Counted from the first letter of the stretch, positions 51,001 to 59,310 are shown. The stretch is 64,000 nucleotides of DNA from an uncultured Verrucomicrobiae bacterium (GCA_963764165.1 CAVXRD010000002.1:96001-160000); one strand, 5' to 3'. Program-made: numbers and translations. The notes: generated from the letters alone by a model not told the origin.

Positions 51001-52385
51001 CCTGCTTTTCCGCCGTTGTCAAACACCACCGTGCCGGTCTGGCCAGTGATGTTCGTATAAACCGACCCCGCGCCGCCGGCGGAATTGCCCGCGCCGCCGT
51101 AAGCTGTCATGGCTCCCGAAAAGCTGGATGAGCCAAATTGAACGGCAATGCGACCCCCGCCGCCACCGCCGCCGTAGGGAAGATTGCCGTTGCCGCCGTT
51201 GGCCGTGACCGACCCGCTGCCGCCGAAAGTCCCCGCGCTCAAAACGATGCCGCCGCCGGAGCCGCCGCCGGCCCGGCTGTTGGTGGCATTGCCGCCGTTG
51301 GCCACCACGGAACCATTCACGATGAATGCGCCTGCAGCCGAAATCTCAATGAATCCCCCGCCGCTGCCTCCAAACGGCGGATACGAATCACCCAATCCGC
51401 CCCCGCTGCCAAGAGCAGTCGGACTAAAATAGGAACCGTAGGTGCGGCCGCCGAGACCGTTCGAGGCGCCAATCCCGCCGACGCCGCCAAATCCTCCGCC
51501 CGCCTGGTATCCACCCGCGCCTGCTCCAATGTTTGGGCCGTAACCAAGGCCCGTCGCATTGATCGTTCCGCCGCTGTCAACGATTACGGAATTGCTGACC
51601 GCCAAGTTCAATCCGGTCTGCGTCGTCTCCGCCGTTTGGTAATTCACCAACACACTCGCGCCGTTGGGAATGCTTGAATTGGTCGTCAGCTCCAACTCGG
51701 TAAACTGATTTGAAGCGCTTAGCGTGTAATCGAGCCCGTTTGTATAAGTTTCAGTGCCAGCGAGGTCCGTGACTGTCACGGAGCCGGAAACCACATTGGG
51801 ATAGTCCAGAGCCACCGCATTCGTGCTGGATAGTTCGTGTTCCTCGTCAGTGAAGACAAAATTCGTATAAAGGACGCCCTGGGCTGCAAACGAATGCGTC
51901 AACACCCCACCCAACTCGACATGGACGCTTGCAAACGTGTGCGGGCCATCAATCGTCACTCTGCAATTGGTGATGATAATATCCAGCCCGTCGTAGTTGG
52001 TATTGCCAAAGCCGATGGCTGCATTGTTGGTGAAGGTGACTGTATTGGCGGACGCTGACACTGCGCAAATCATCATGAACATTGGCAGGGCGAGGCTCCC
52101 GCCGAGCCATCTCTGCAGCGCGGGCTTCCAAGCCTGCGCGCGGAATAACGGCAAGCCGATTTGGAAATCGGCGATACCGCAGGTTTGAAAACCTGCGCTA
52201 TAAACGAACCGTTGACAGCTCGGCAGGAGCCTCGCCCTCCCACGCTCATCTCGCCGATAACCCCCAACCCAATTCACCAGACATTGGCGCAAAAAAACAA
52301 AAACGGAATTGAGCTTAAAGTTGAATTTGAATTTGCCCCCGGCCCCAGCCGACCGGCGATGACTGATCTCGACGAATTTTATCAT
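45015..52385 (-). CDS. Giant (2456 aa) secreted glycine-rich repeat protein
   Basis: GGAGG shortly before ATG 52385. ASA signal cleavage site near aa 113. Eight ~250-270-aa repeats, then an Ig-like domain and a short C-terminal domain. Confidence 0.88.
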   Translation of the reverse strand: MIKFVEISHRRSAGAGGKFKFNFKLNSVFVFLRQCLVNWVGGYRRDERGRARLLPSCQRFVYSAGFQTCGIADFQIGLPLFRAQAWKPALQRWLGGSLALPMFMMICAVSASANTVTFTNNAAIGFGNTNYDGLDIIITNCRVTIDGPHTFASVHVELGGVLTHSFAAQGVLYTNFVFTDEEHELSSTNAVALDYPNVVSGSVTVTDLAGTETYTNGLDYTLSASNQFTELELTTNSSIPNGASVLVNYQTAETTQTGLNLAVSNSVIVDSGGTINATGLGYGPNIGAGAGGYQAGGGFGGVGGIGASNGLGGRTYGSYFSPTALGSGGGLGDSYPPFGGSGGGFIEISAAGAFIVNGSVVANGGNATNSRAGGGSGGGIVLSAGTFGGSGSVTANGGNGNLPYGGGGGGGRIAVQFGSSSFSGAMTAYGGAGNSAGGAGSVYTNITGQTGTVVFDNGGKAGAKSTAGIDDTGVSVIVQGSAALVPIGNWQLKNLLINSNGLVTVTASTTIISQVLNLTFYGLVEIARGGSMTADGQGSLAGQGPGAGVVYSQANGLICSGGGYGGNGGAAYPVENGGGAAYGSQTSPNNFGSGGGGNQSGSFGGKGGGCIVLTAYGGILQVDGNLSANGLPGTGAGTGGGSGGTISVTGATLVGTGQILANGGAAGDPTGGGGGGGRISLSLTQNSFSGTVAAAGGTGNGYGGAGTIYTAVSGAAPQLLLDNAGNLGTNTPIQTVSGGNLIVRNGSIGTTANSVTFGNVYIQPNGWLGAANVNSTSPSAAINFTVTGSATISAGGGIVADLAGYARGQGPGEGRNYALGATNFGSGAGHGGPGGNSYQNYAIGGPVYDTPLAPSQAGSGGAYVTAQSVGGAGGGIIKFTVNGTLELDGIISANGGNGGGLTGGGGSGGSIWLTAGSLAGAGSITANGGSGAPNLGGGGGGGMIYISCATNAFSGLVTAFGGTGANPGGAGTYALQVPGQNPKLILDNGGIATPATSLANLGLVDLTLRNGAAAVVNTSLTLGNVVIASNSWLIVSNSQVATVTMATANIQQGGGITGDYMGYPGNQGNGEGRSSETEPYYACGGGGHGGGGGNGLGGVLGGTGYDSANSPSQRGSGGGSAAGDSIGGAGGGLVLVTVSGLLELDGVISANGANGLGSGGGGGSGGGVKVTAGILAGVGTIRANGGAGANMIGGGGGGGCVAVIPTTNSFAGTITAYGGSGASYGGAGTVYIQPQTGNAQLILDNGGNLGTNTPLASYQSTDLFIRGCAVASAGSYSTVTSGNLNIASNGWIGPTFFEQGNSASACSISFGGNATIQAGGGILLDAAGYLGGIGAGAGKTAEYNTTNYSSGGGHGGPGGSAYSGSLAGGAAYDNPTSPIDAGSGGGAEQPGVGGTGGGVVRLSVGGSLTIDGVVSANGTNGFGYSSGGGSGGAIWISAGTLAGTGIIRANGGNGTPGTGGGGGGGMLYISCASYMFSGAVTAYGGNGASPGGAGTVVIQTTGKNALFLMDSGGIAGPPTSVSGSSTTDLTLTNGAKVTVPSPMTFGNLTVNSNSWLVVSNTSNLTLTFANATIQQGGGITGDALGYAAGTGPSAGKSASDYSCGGGGHGGNGGASALLDAAGGFASSETVTLPTSAGSGGGSAQSYSYGGVGGAAFTVNVSGVLQLDGTLTANGGAGSGVGGGGGAGGTIVVEGGTITGGGRIQVNGGPGAGTGGGGGGGCIAINSISNQFTGLISAYGGAGANVGGAGTVYYGAVGKTPLLVLDNDGQTGGVTPLHVSGPSVLITNGATGSLLGAESYASLTICSNSTLTTVTNGLVGTISGNAIVAAGGRITLDGCGSPGGSGSGAGHSSTVAGASCGGGGYGGFGGNSISNLAAGGAPYYSANFPALSGSGGGSSETTSTGGAGGGFLELTVNGNLLVAGSISANGKNGGGSGGGGGSGGTVYLTLGSISGNGVIAANGGNGAQGMGGGGGGGRTSIKCTSTSFTGAITARGGTGGQDGGAGTIYLTSTSPMIQEVVIDNGGLAGALTPLSTALGFPTALLTSNSSVPANLVIQNGGAVCPQTNMAFPALGSLTILSGGYITSVPNGPLDLEVANNANIGADAAIVLDGEGFPQGTGPGAGASGSGAGYGSIGGASSSAPGGASYGSAFQPADLGSGGGGDGGYGAAIPGGEGGGALRLNVGGLLTLDGEISVEGTAGLQDNSGGASGGSIWVSSSTLLGSGFLAADGGDGQYGTGGGGAGGRIAVFASTLDFQGGASAMGGAGYMNGGSGSIIISNFGPLHVVSNSPNGVVAGPVSSVTLYFNTAPNPNAMLGVNFALRTPDSVVHSNIAYATQMNLTTWVVFLPAQSAPGLYTILISSNVVDMSGQPYSPINPVTFTIAAPPVQPAGSISGGNFLLSWQGDAGVSYQVYSSSNLVNWVTYGGLMTGTNGPIQVSVPTNGAAAQYFSVGVGN
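52084..52241. repeat. Nested REP-like composite inside the giant gene's 5' region
   Basis: Outer IR GGCAGGGCGAGGCTCCCGCCGAGC / GCTCGGCAGGAGCCTCGCCCTCCC. Inner palindromes GCGGGCTTCCAAGCCTGC, GCCGATTTGGAAATCGGC, GCAGGTTTGAAAACCTGC. Confidence 0.75.
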
Positions 52386-52573
52386 GTTAAGTCCTCCACC
52401 AACAATTCACAGAAAACAGCGCCCGCCATCCCTCCTTGCTCTTGAATCTGTCAACCAATGGCGACGTGCCTTTCTTTTGTGTGGCCAAACATTGTCGCAG
52501 TTAAGCGGCGAATGAAATGGGAATTCCGGCGCACACCCATGTGCGTTGCCATGCACACTCCCAGAGGAGGCAA

Positions 52574-52709
52574 GCCACAGAATTACACAAATCAACACAG
52601 ATAAATCTGATTCAGGCGAAGCTGGACGATGTCAATTGATCCCCACGCATCTGCGCGATGGGCGGCCTCCGGTCCTAAAATTCTGTGTTGATCTGGGTAA
52701 ATCTGTGGC
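52574..52709. repeat. MITE-like element with 28-bp imperfect IRs built of ~10-bp ACACAGAT units
   Basis: GCCACAGAATTACACAAATCAACACAGA ... TCTGTGTTGATCTGGGTAAATCTGTGGC. A related arm lies at 63883-63911. Confidence 0.7.
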
Positions 52710-52760
52710 CAAGTTCTTTGTGCTGACTTGCCTCCGCGAAAATGATATTGCTCGGACAGC

Positions 52761-54215
52761 GTGAATTTCCTTTATCGCCTCATTGACTTTTGGCCGCATG
52801 CCGTGGCGGTGCTGACGTTAATTGCGGCGGGCTTGGCCTCCGCGCATGCCATCCTCAACAAACGCGATACCCGCGCTGCGGTGTTGTGGATCGGATTCAT
52901 CTGCCTGCTCCCCGCGCTGGGCCCCGCGCTCTATCTCGTGCTCGGAGTCAATCGCGTGCGGCGAAAGGCGGTTCTTTTGCGCGGCGCCTCGAATCGCCCG
53001 CAGGGATCACCGCCGCCGGAAACGGTTTCCGAGCACGAGAATCAGCGTCTTCCTGAATGCGCCGCGCATCTCGAACAACTGTCGCACGCCGTCCAAAATA
53101 TTGTGCGCCGTCCGCTGGTGGCGGGCAACTCGGTCGAGCCGCTGGTGAACGGCGACGCCGCGTATCCCGTCATGCTGGAGGCCATCGAACAGGCCAGGAG
53201 CACCATCGGCCTGTCGACGTATATATTTGACAACGACAGCAACGGTCGTATTTTTGTTGACGCCCTCAGCCGCGCCGTGAAGCGGGGAGTTCAAGTGCGC
53301 GTCATTATCGACGCCGCCGGAACGCATTATTCCGTGCCGTCCATCACCCATGCGCTTCATCGCGAGCGCGTGCCATACGGAAGATTCCTGCCTACGATGG
53401 CTCCATGGCGGCTCGGAACCATGAACCTCAGGAATCACCGCAAGCTCATGGTGGTCGATGGCGTTCTCGGATTCACTGGCGGGATGAATTTGCGCGAGGG
53501 CAATCTCGTGAAGAAAAATCCCAAGAAGCCCGTCCGCGATCTGCATTTTCGCCTGGCAGGTCCGGTGGTGGCGCAGTTGCAGGAAGCGTTCGTCAACGAC
53601 TGGGCCTTCGTGAAAGGCGAACCACTTTCGGGCGCTGCATGGTTTCCGTCGCTCGTGCCGAAGGGGGATGTTTTATCCCGCGCGATTCCGGACGGCCCGG
53701 ACGAAGATTTTGAAAAGCTTCGCTGGACAATCCTGGCCGCGCTTTCCTGCGCGCGCGATTCGGTGAAAATTGTCACGCCATACTTCCTGCCCGATCCCGC
53801 CATCGTCTCGGCATTAAACCTGGCCGCTCTGCGCGGCGTGAAAGTCGACATCGTCCTGCCTGGCCGCAGCAATTTGCCTTACGTCGATTGGGCTTCGCGG
53901 GCGATGTGGTGGCAGGTGCTCGAGCGCGGCTGCAACATCTGGCTCGGCCCGCCGCCCTTTGATCATTCCAAACTGATGCTTGTCGACGGCCAATGGTCGC
54001 TAGTCGGGTCCGGCAACTGGGACACGCGCAGCCTCCGCTTAAACTTCGAATTCAACCTCGAATGCTATTGTCCCAATCTCGCCCACGCGCTGGAAGGAGT
54101 TTTCCAAAGCAAGCTGCAAGGAGCCCGGCAGGCCACGCAAGCCGAGGTGGATGCCAGGCGGACATTGGTGAAATTGCGGGACGGGGCGGTGCGGCTGCTG
54201 GATCCATTTTTGTAA
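52761..54215 (+). CDS. cls: Cardiolipin synthase (phospholipase D family)
   Basis: N-terminal TM/PLDc_N region, two HKD motifs (NHRKLMVVD, DHSKLMLVD), TPYFLP, RSLRLNFE. Confidence 0.9.
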   Translation: MNFLYRLIDFWPHAVAVLTLIAAGLASAHAILNKRDTRAAVLWIGFICLLPALGPALYLVLGVNRVRRKAVLLRGASNRPQGSPPPETVSEHENQRLPECAAHLEQLSHAVQNIVRRPLVAGNSVEPLVNGDAAYPVMLEAIEQARSTIGLSTYIFDNDSNGRIFVDALSRAVKRGVQVRVIIDAAGTHYSVPSITHALHRERVPYGRFLPTMAPWRLGTMNLRNHRKLMVVDGVLGFTGGMNLREGNLVKKNPKKPVRDLHFRLAGPVVAQLQEAFVNDWAFVKGEPLSGAAWFPSLVPKGDVLSRAIPDGPDEDFEKLRWTILAALSCARDSVKIVTPYFLPDPAIVSALNLAALRGVKVDIVLPGRSNLPYVDWASRAMWWQVLERGCNIWLGPPPFDHSKLMLVDGQWSLVGSGNWDTRSLRLNFEFNLECYCPNLAHALEGVFQSKLQGARQATQAEVDARRTLVKLRDGAVRLLDPFL

Positions 54216-54232
54216 CTAATCGACTGCAGCAC

Positions 54233-54601
54233 ATGATTGAAATTGAATCATTCTTGGGACAGCAGGTAGGCGGAGTTTTTATCATTTCTGAAATTGATTT
54301 TACAGACCAGCCAATGGTTGATGCCTTGGGTGTTGAGGCGATTGCGCAGACACGAATCGTGGGGCGGAAATTCAGTTTGGCTATTCGTTCAAGCCTGCCA
54401 GAAGACGAGTTGTCCATCACTTTATATCATGAAATCCTTGAAGCCGCGACCGTAGCGGCGATTCATCCTCCGGATAGCGTTTGCGAACTGAACGAAGCGG
54501 GGTTTGAAGCAGCAGCGAAACGCGCCCAACAAACGTGGGGTGACGTCTCGGTTGAGAACCTGAATCGAATGTTGCAATTTTACGGATTTCGGGAAGAATA
54601 G
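54233..54601 (+). CDS. Hypothetical protein with HExxE motif
   Basis: From ATG 54233. Contains TLYHEILEA. Confidence 0.65.
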   Translation: MIEIESFLGQQVGGVFIISEIDFTDQPMVDALGVEAIAQTRIVGRKFSLAIRSSLPEDELSITLYHEILEAATVAAIHPPDSVCELNEAGFEAAAKRAQQTWGDVSVENLNRMLQFYGFREE

Positions 54602-54606
54602 AAACG

Positions 54607-54804
54607 ATGGTTGATCATGACAGAATTCAATTGGAGTTGGTCAAACTGCGGGACGGGGCGCGAATTCTTAGACTCACAGATCCGCAATCAGGTTTGTCTT
54701 TGGAATCGACGCTCAAGACCTCCGAGGCGGTTGTCCGCCAAAAAGACCGCCTGCTTCAAATTTTTGACGCCGCACTGGCTCGCGCTGAACTGATCGGCGC
54801 ATAA
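54607..54804 (+). CDS. Small hypothetical protein
   Basis: 65 aa, starts 5 bp after the previous stop. Confidence 0.6.
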   Translation: MVDHDRIQLELVKLRDGARILRLTDPQSGLSLESTLKTSEAVVRQKDRLLQIFDAALARAELIGA

Positions 54805-54947
54805 GAGGCTTGATGTTGGAGAAATGACCGCCGGGCGTGTCATGCTTGACGACGCCAATGGTCGCTGGTCGGTTCCGGCACTGGGAGACGCGCAGCATCC
54901 GCTAGCTACGCGTTTGCGCCGGTTCTTTAGTTGAGCGCACGTTACAA

Positions 54948-55295
54948 GTGAGAGCGAATTTACAAATTGGATTTGAGCTTTTTCTCGGCGCGTGCATCGT
55001 CGGGTGCTTATTTCTTGTAATTCGAGAGAGCAATCGTCGCTCCCTATCGATTCTTCGGGAGTGGGCTCGTGAAAACGAGTTTGAGATTTTAGAGTGGAAA
55101 CGACCGCTCAATTCAGGGGGATTTCGATGGTGGACGACGTCACGAAACCAAGCTGTTTATTCTGTTTCGATTAGGGATAGTCTTGGTCGTGTGCGATCTG
55201 GTTGGGTCAGATGCGGGAGTTGGTTTGCAGGAATTTGGTTTAGCGATCAAGCGGAGGTGCGCTGGAATGAGTCGTCCTCTGGCGGCAATGGATGA
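54948..55295 (+). CDS. Small membrane-anchored hypothetical protein
   Basis: N-terminal TM, Trp-rich C-terminus (RSGWVRCGSW). Stop overlaps the next start. Confidence 0.65.
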   Translation: MRANLQIGFELFLGACIVGCLFLVIRESNRRSLSILREWARENEFEILEWKRPLNSGGFRWWTTSRNQAVYSVSIRDSLGRVRSGWVRCGSWFAGIWFSDQAEVRWNESSSGGNG

Positions 55296-58200
55296 GTTTA
55301 ATTCGTTCCAATTTGAAATTCTACGCCCGCAGCCATATTGGCACTCTGCTTGGCGTTGCGGTATCGACGGCGATCTTGGTGGGCGCTCTGGCCATTGGCG
55401 ATTGCGTGCGCGAGAGTTTGCGCGATATGGCTCTGGCGCGGATCGGTCGCGCTACGTATGTCCTCGGATCGGGCGATCGATTTTTCCGCTCGGCTTTGGA
55501 GGATTCTTTTACGAATTCGGCTGCGTTGCTGGTTTTGCCAGGCACGGCTGCCTTGCCTGATGATTCTGCCCGTGCCAATCACGTTCAAATTCTGGGCGTC
55601 GATGCGCATTTTTGGAATTTGGCAGAAAAGCCCGAGGCCGAAAAAATCGCGCCCGATTCGGTTGTCCTCAATGAAGCGCTCGCCAAACAGTTGCGCACCA
55701 AGATCGGCGATACGGTCGTGCTGCATGTCCAGAAGCCATCGCTGCTTTCGCAGGAAGCGCCGATTTCTCCGCGCGAAGACGTGGCCGCGGGTTTGCGCCT
55801 CGCGGTCAGCGCGATTGTTCCGGATGCGGACTTCGGGCGATTCGGATTGCAGGCGAATATTGCCTCGCCGCTCAATGCATTCGTTCCGCTCGATTGGCTC
55901 CAAGGCAAAGTCGACCAGACCAACCGCGCAAATCTATTATTGACTTCCGATAGCGGCAAAGCGCCGGATTTGAAAGCACATTGGAACTTGGCGGACGCGG
56001 GTTTGGAATGGCGCGATGTGCCGGGTGGCGGTCTGGAGTTGCGTTCCGGGCGCGTGTTCATTGATCGCGACATTGTCGATGCCGCCGCTGGGAATCCGAA
56101 TTTAGTACTGACATACTTTGTCAACGAACTGCGCGATGGCCAGAAATCCACGCCTTACTCGATGGTTGCCGCCGCCGGAGCACCGCTCACGCCGTCCGGC
56201 ATGAAGGACGACGAAATTGTCCTGAACCAATGGCTGGCGGACGATTTGCAAGCCAAGCCCGGCGATTCGCTTAAGCTGACTTACTTCGTTCTGGGAAACA
56301 CGCATCGCCTTGAAACCAGGCAGGACGAGTTTCGCGTTCGCGGCATTTCACCGATGGACGGCCCGACGGCGGACCGCACCTTGATGCCGGATTTTCCGGG
56401 AATTGCCAAGGCGGAGAAGACGGAGAATTGGGACGCGGGCTTCGCCATCGACATGAAAAAAATCCGCCCCAAGGACGAAGCGTATTGGAAACAATATCGC
56501 GGCACTCCCAAGGCATTCGTCACGCTCGCGGCTGGCCGGCGGATGTGGAAGAACCGCTTTGGCGACGTGACGGCGATTCGCTTCCCATCGGGAACCTCAC
56601 GGGAGGAAATCGAGCGCGGCATGCTGGCGAAATTGGACCCGAATGCGCTCGGTTTGAAATTCATCTCCATTCGCGAGCAGGCGCTGGCGGCCAGTTCGCA
56701 GGCGGAGGATTTCGGCGGATTGTTCATTGGCTTCAGTTTCTTCCTTGTCGTCGCGGCGCTGATTTTGCTGGCTTTGCTCTTTCACTTCGCACTGGAAAAA
56801 CGCGCCACGGAAATTGGCATTCTGCTCGCGCTTGGCTGGCGGCCAAGAGAGGTTCGGCGGCTGCTGATGCGCGAAGGCGTTGTCATCGCAGCGGCCGGCA
56901 GCGTATTAGGAATCGCGGGCGGAATTCTTTACGCGAAGGGCATTTTATTTGGCCTCACCACTCTCTGGCGCGAAGCTGTGGCGGAATCGCCGCTCAAGTT
57001 TCACGTGACCGGCGAAACTCTGGCGACGGGCGGCGTCTGCGGAATTCTCGTTAGTATGCTGGTAATCTGGCTGGCCGTGCGCGGCCAGACCAAACGTCCC
57101 GCGCGGGAATTGCTCGAACAGGGGAATGAAATGGAACGCTCAGTGGCGAACGTAAAGCGAAAACGGAATTGGGCCGGCTGGCTCTCCGCGGTCTCTGGAC
57201 TTGGCGCGTTGGCGTTGGTCGCTTCTTCATTAAGCAAACACAACACTGCGGATGTGGAATCGTTTTTCGGCGCGGGAACTTTATTTTTGATCGCGGCGGT
57301 GGCGGGGGCAGCGGTTTGGATTCGCCGTCTCGGGGCGCGGGAAGGTTCGCGTCCGCTGACGCTGACGAGCCTCGGCATTCGCAGTTGCACGCGGCAACGG
57401 CGCCGGAGCGTCGCCATTGTGGCGTTGCTGGCCAGCGGCGCGTTCATTATTGCCGCCATCCAGGCCAACAAATTGGACGCCACCACCGAAACTGGCCGTT
57501 CGTCGGGAACAGGTGGATTCGCCTTCATCGGCCAATCCGCTTTGCCCATTGTGCAGGATTTGAACACGCCGGCAGGCCGCGAGTTTTTCTCGCTGGAAGA
57601 CAGTGCATTGAAGAATGTGTCCGTCGTTGCGTGCCGCGTTCACGATGGCGACGATGCAAGCTGCCTTAATTTGAACCGCGCGCAATCGCCGCAATTGCTC
57701 GGAGTGGACGCGGCAGAATTGCAAAAGCGCGGCGCATTCACCTTTTCGCAATTGGCCGACAGTTCGTTGAAGAAAAGCCCGTGGGATTCGCTCGCACAAT
57801 CTGGAGCCACCGACGAAGTTCCGGCCATTGGCGACGACGCAACGATTACCTGGGCGCTCCACAAAAAACTAGGCGACACTGTCAATTACGCCGACGAGCA
57901 TGGCCACGCTTTCAAAGTTCGGCTGGTCGGGGCGCTGGCCAATTCAATTTTGCAAGGGAGCCTCATTATTTCCGAATCGAATTTCGTCCGCCACTTCCCC
58001 GGGGAGGCCGGTTACCGCATGTTCCTGGTTGACGCGCCCGCGCCGGATGCGGCAGCCGTGTCAAGCGCACTGACGCGTGGCTTGCGAGACCGCGGACTTG
58101 AATTGACGCCGGCCGCGGAACGTCTCAACGCCTTCAACGCCGTGCAGAATACATACCTCGACACTTTTGAAGTTCTGGGCGGATTGGGATTGTTGCTGGG

Positions 58201-58531
58201 GAGCCTCGGGCTTGGTGTGGTCGTGATGCGCAATGTGCTCGAGCGCCGCCAGCAATTGGCTCTGCTGAGAGCCGTCGGCTATTCACCGGGCGCGCTGCGC
58301 AAACTCGTGGTAGTCGAGCACGCCGCGCTCCAAATTCTCGGTCTCGCGGTGGGCGTGGCGGCTGCTCTTGTCGCGCTCCTGCCGGTCTTGCTTTCGCCCT
58401 CGTCCCGCTTATCTTATTTTTCGCTGGCTGCGATGCTTGGGTTGGTGCTGTTGAGCGGCCTGTTTTGGACTTGGGCGGCGGCGCGGCTTGCCCTGCGCGG
58501 GGAATTGCTGCCTGCGTTGCGAAACGAATAA
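55292..58531 (+). CDS. FtsX/MacB-like ABC transporter permease (duplicated)
   Basis: Two FtsX-type halves (EKRATEIGILLALGW; ERRQQLALLRAVGY), large periplasmic loops, ends ALRNE. Confidence 0.9.
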   Translation: MSLIRSNLKFYARSHIGTLLGVAVSTAILVGALAIGDCVRESLRDMALARIGRATYVLGSGDRFFRSALEDSFTNSAALLVLPGTAALPDDSARANHVQILGVDAHFWNLAEKPEAEKIAPDSVVLNEALAKQLRTKIGDTVVLHVQKPSLLSQEAPISPREDVAAGLRLAVSAIVPDADFGRFGLQANIASPLNAFVPLDWLQGKVDQTNRANLLLTSDSGKAPDLKAHWNLADAGLEWRDVPGGGLELRSGRVFIDRDIVDAAAGNPNLVLTYFVNELRDGQKSTPYSMVAAAGAPLTPSGMKDDEIVLNQWLADDLQAKPGDSLKLTYFVLGNTHRLETRQDEFRVRGISPMDGPTADRTLMPDFPGIAKAEKTENWDAGFAIDMKKIRPKDEAYWKQYRGTPKAFVTLAAGRRMWKNRFGDVTAIRFPSGTSREEIERGMLAKLDPNALGLKFISIREQALAASSQAEDFGGLFIGFSFFLVVAALILLALLFHFALEKRATEIGILLALGWRPREVRRLLMREGVVIAAAGSVLGIAGGILYAKGILFGLTTLWREAVAESPLKFHVTGETLATGGVCGILVSMLVIWLAVRGQTKRPARELLEQGNEMERSVANVKRKRNWAGWLSAVSGLGALALVASSLSKHNTADVESFFGAGTLFLIAAVAGAAVWIRRLGAREGSRPLTLTSLGIRSCTRQRRRSVAIVALLASGAFIIAAIQANKLDATTETGRSSGTGGFAFIGQSALPIVQDLNTPAGREFFSLEDSALKNVSVVACRVHDGDDASCLNLNRAQSPQLLGVDAAELQKRGAFTFSQLADSSLKKSPWDSLAQSGATDEVPAIGDDATITWALHKKLGDTVNYADEHGHAFKVRLVGALANSILQGSLIISESNFVRHFPGEAGYRMFLVDAPAPDAAAVSSALTRGLRDRGLELTPAAERLNAFNAVQNTYLDTFEVLGGLGLLLGSLGLGVVVMRNVLERRQQLALLRAVGYSPGALRKLVVVEHAALQILGLAVGVAAALVALLPVLLSPSSRLSYFSLAAMLGLVLLSGLFWTWAAARLALRGELLPALRNE

Positions 58532-58544
58532 TTTTTGACACGAC

Positions 58545-59183
58545 ATGAAATTGCTCACTGCCATCGCGGTTCTGGTTTTCGCGGCTTCTCCTGTTTTCGC
58601 GGACGATGCGGGAAAAACGCTTTTCTCCAACAATTTTGAAAAAGCGGAAGTCGGCCCCGCTCCGCAGGATTTTCTTGTGCTTGATGGCGATTTTTCGGTC
58701 AAAGAAAGCGATGGCAATAAATTCCTCGAATTGCCCGGCGCGCCTCTGGACACGTTCGGCGTCCTGTTCGGCCCGACGACGAACGCGGGCGTGTGCGTCA
58801 GCGCGCGCATTTTTGGAACCAGCAAGGGACGGCGATTCCCTCAATTCGGAGTCGGGCTGGACGGGCAGAATGGTTTCAAATTAAAAATTCTTCCTGCGAA
58901 AGACACGCTGGAAATCTATCGCGGCGACGACTCAGTCGCCTCTGTTCCGTTCCACTGGAAAAGTGGTGAATGGACAGTGTTCAAATTGCAAATTCGCCAG
59001 GCTGATGCATCGACTTGGAAAGTCGAAGGCAAAGCGTGGCCGCAATCCGGAACAGAACCCGCGGCGTGGATGGTTTCGTTTGTCGACAAAACTGCTCCGA
59101 GGCCTGGACGCCCATCCATCTGGGGCAGCCCCGTTTCCGGCACGCCGATCCGATTTGATGATCTAGTATTGACTTCAGAATAG
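58545..59183 (+). CDS. Secreted beta-sandwich (ConA/LamG-like) hypothetical protein
   Basis: Signal peptide ending VFA. KAWP..EPAAW and IRFDDL motifs. Confidence 0.65.
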   Translation: MKLLTAIAVLVFAASPVFADDAGKTLFSNNFEKAEVGPAPQDFLVLDGDFSVKESDGNKFLELPGAPLDTFGVLFGPTTNAGVCVSARIFGTSKGRRFPQFGVGLDGQNGFKLKILPAKDTLEIYRGDDSVASVPFHWKSGEWTVFKLQIRQADASTWKVEGKAWPQSGTEPAAWMVSFVDKTAPRPGRPSIWGSPVSGTPIRFDDLVLTSE

Positions 59184-59212
59184 CGGAATTCGATCTGTTT
59201 TCGCGAAGCGAG

Positions 59213-59310
59213 GCAGGGAACGCCTCGGCGAGGCGTCCGAGGCCGTGGGGTTTTTCGAACGCGTTCGGACTCGCGAATGTCCCCGGACGCCTCGGCGAGG
59301 CGTCCCTTTA
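59213..59310. repeat. REPIN-like element (copy 3, degenerate ends)
   Basis: Two ACGCCTCGGCGAGGCGTCC palindromes. Shares the upstream flank GCGAAGCGAGG with copy 2. Confidence 0.75.

Noticed and set aside
45500..51600. CRISPR array, collagen or simple tandem DNA repeat
   Set aside because: Repetition is at protein level within one ORF. There are no identical repeats with unique spacers and no Gly-X-Y period. No CRISPR array or cas gene was seen in the window.
52571..52712. CAA as a target-site duplication of the ACACAGAT element
   Set aside because: The arm at 63883 is preceded by TTG (reverse complement CAA), so CAA may belong to the motif itself.
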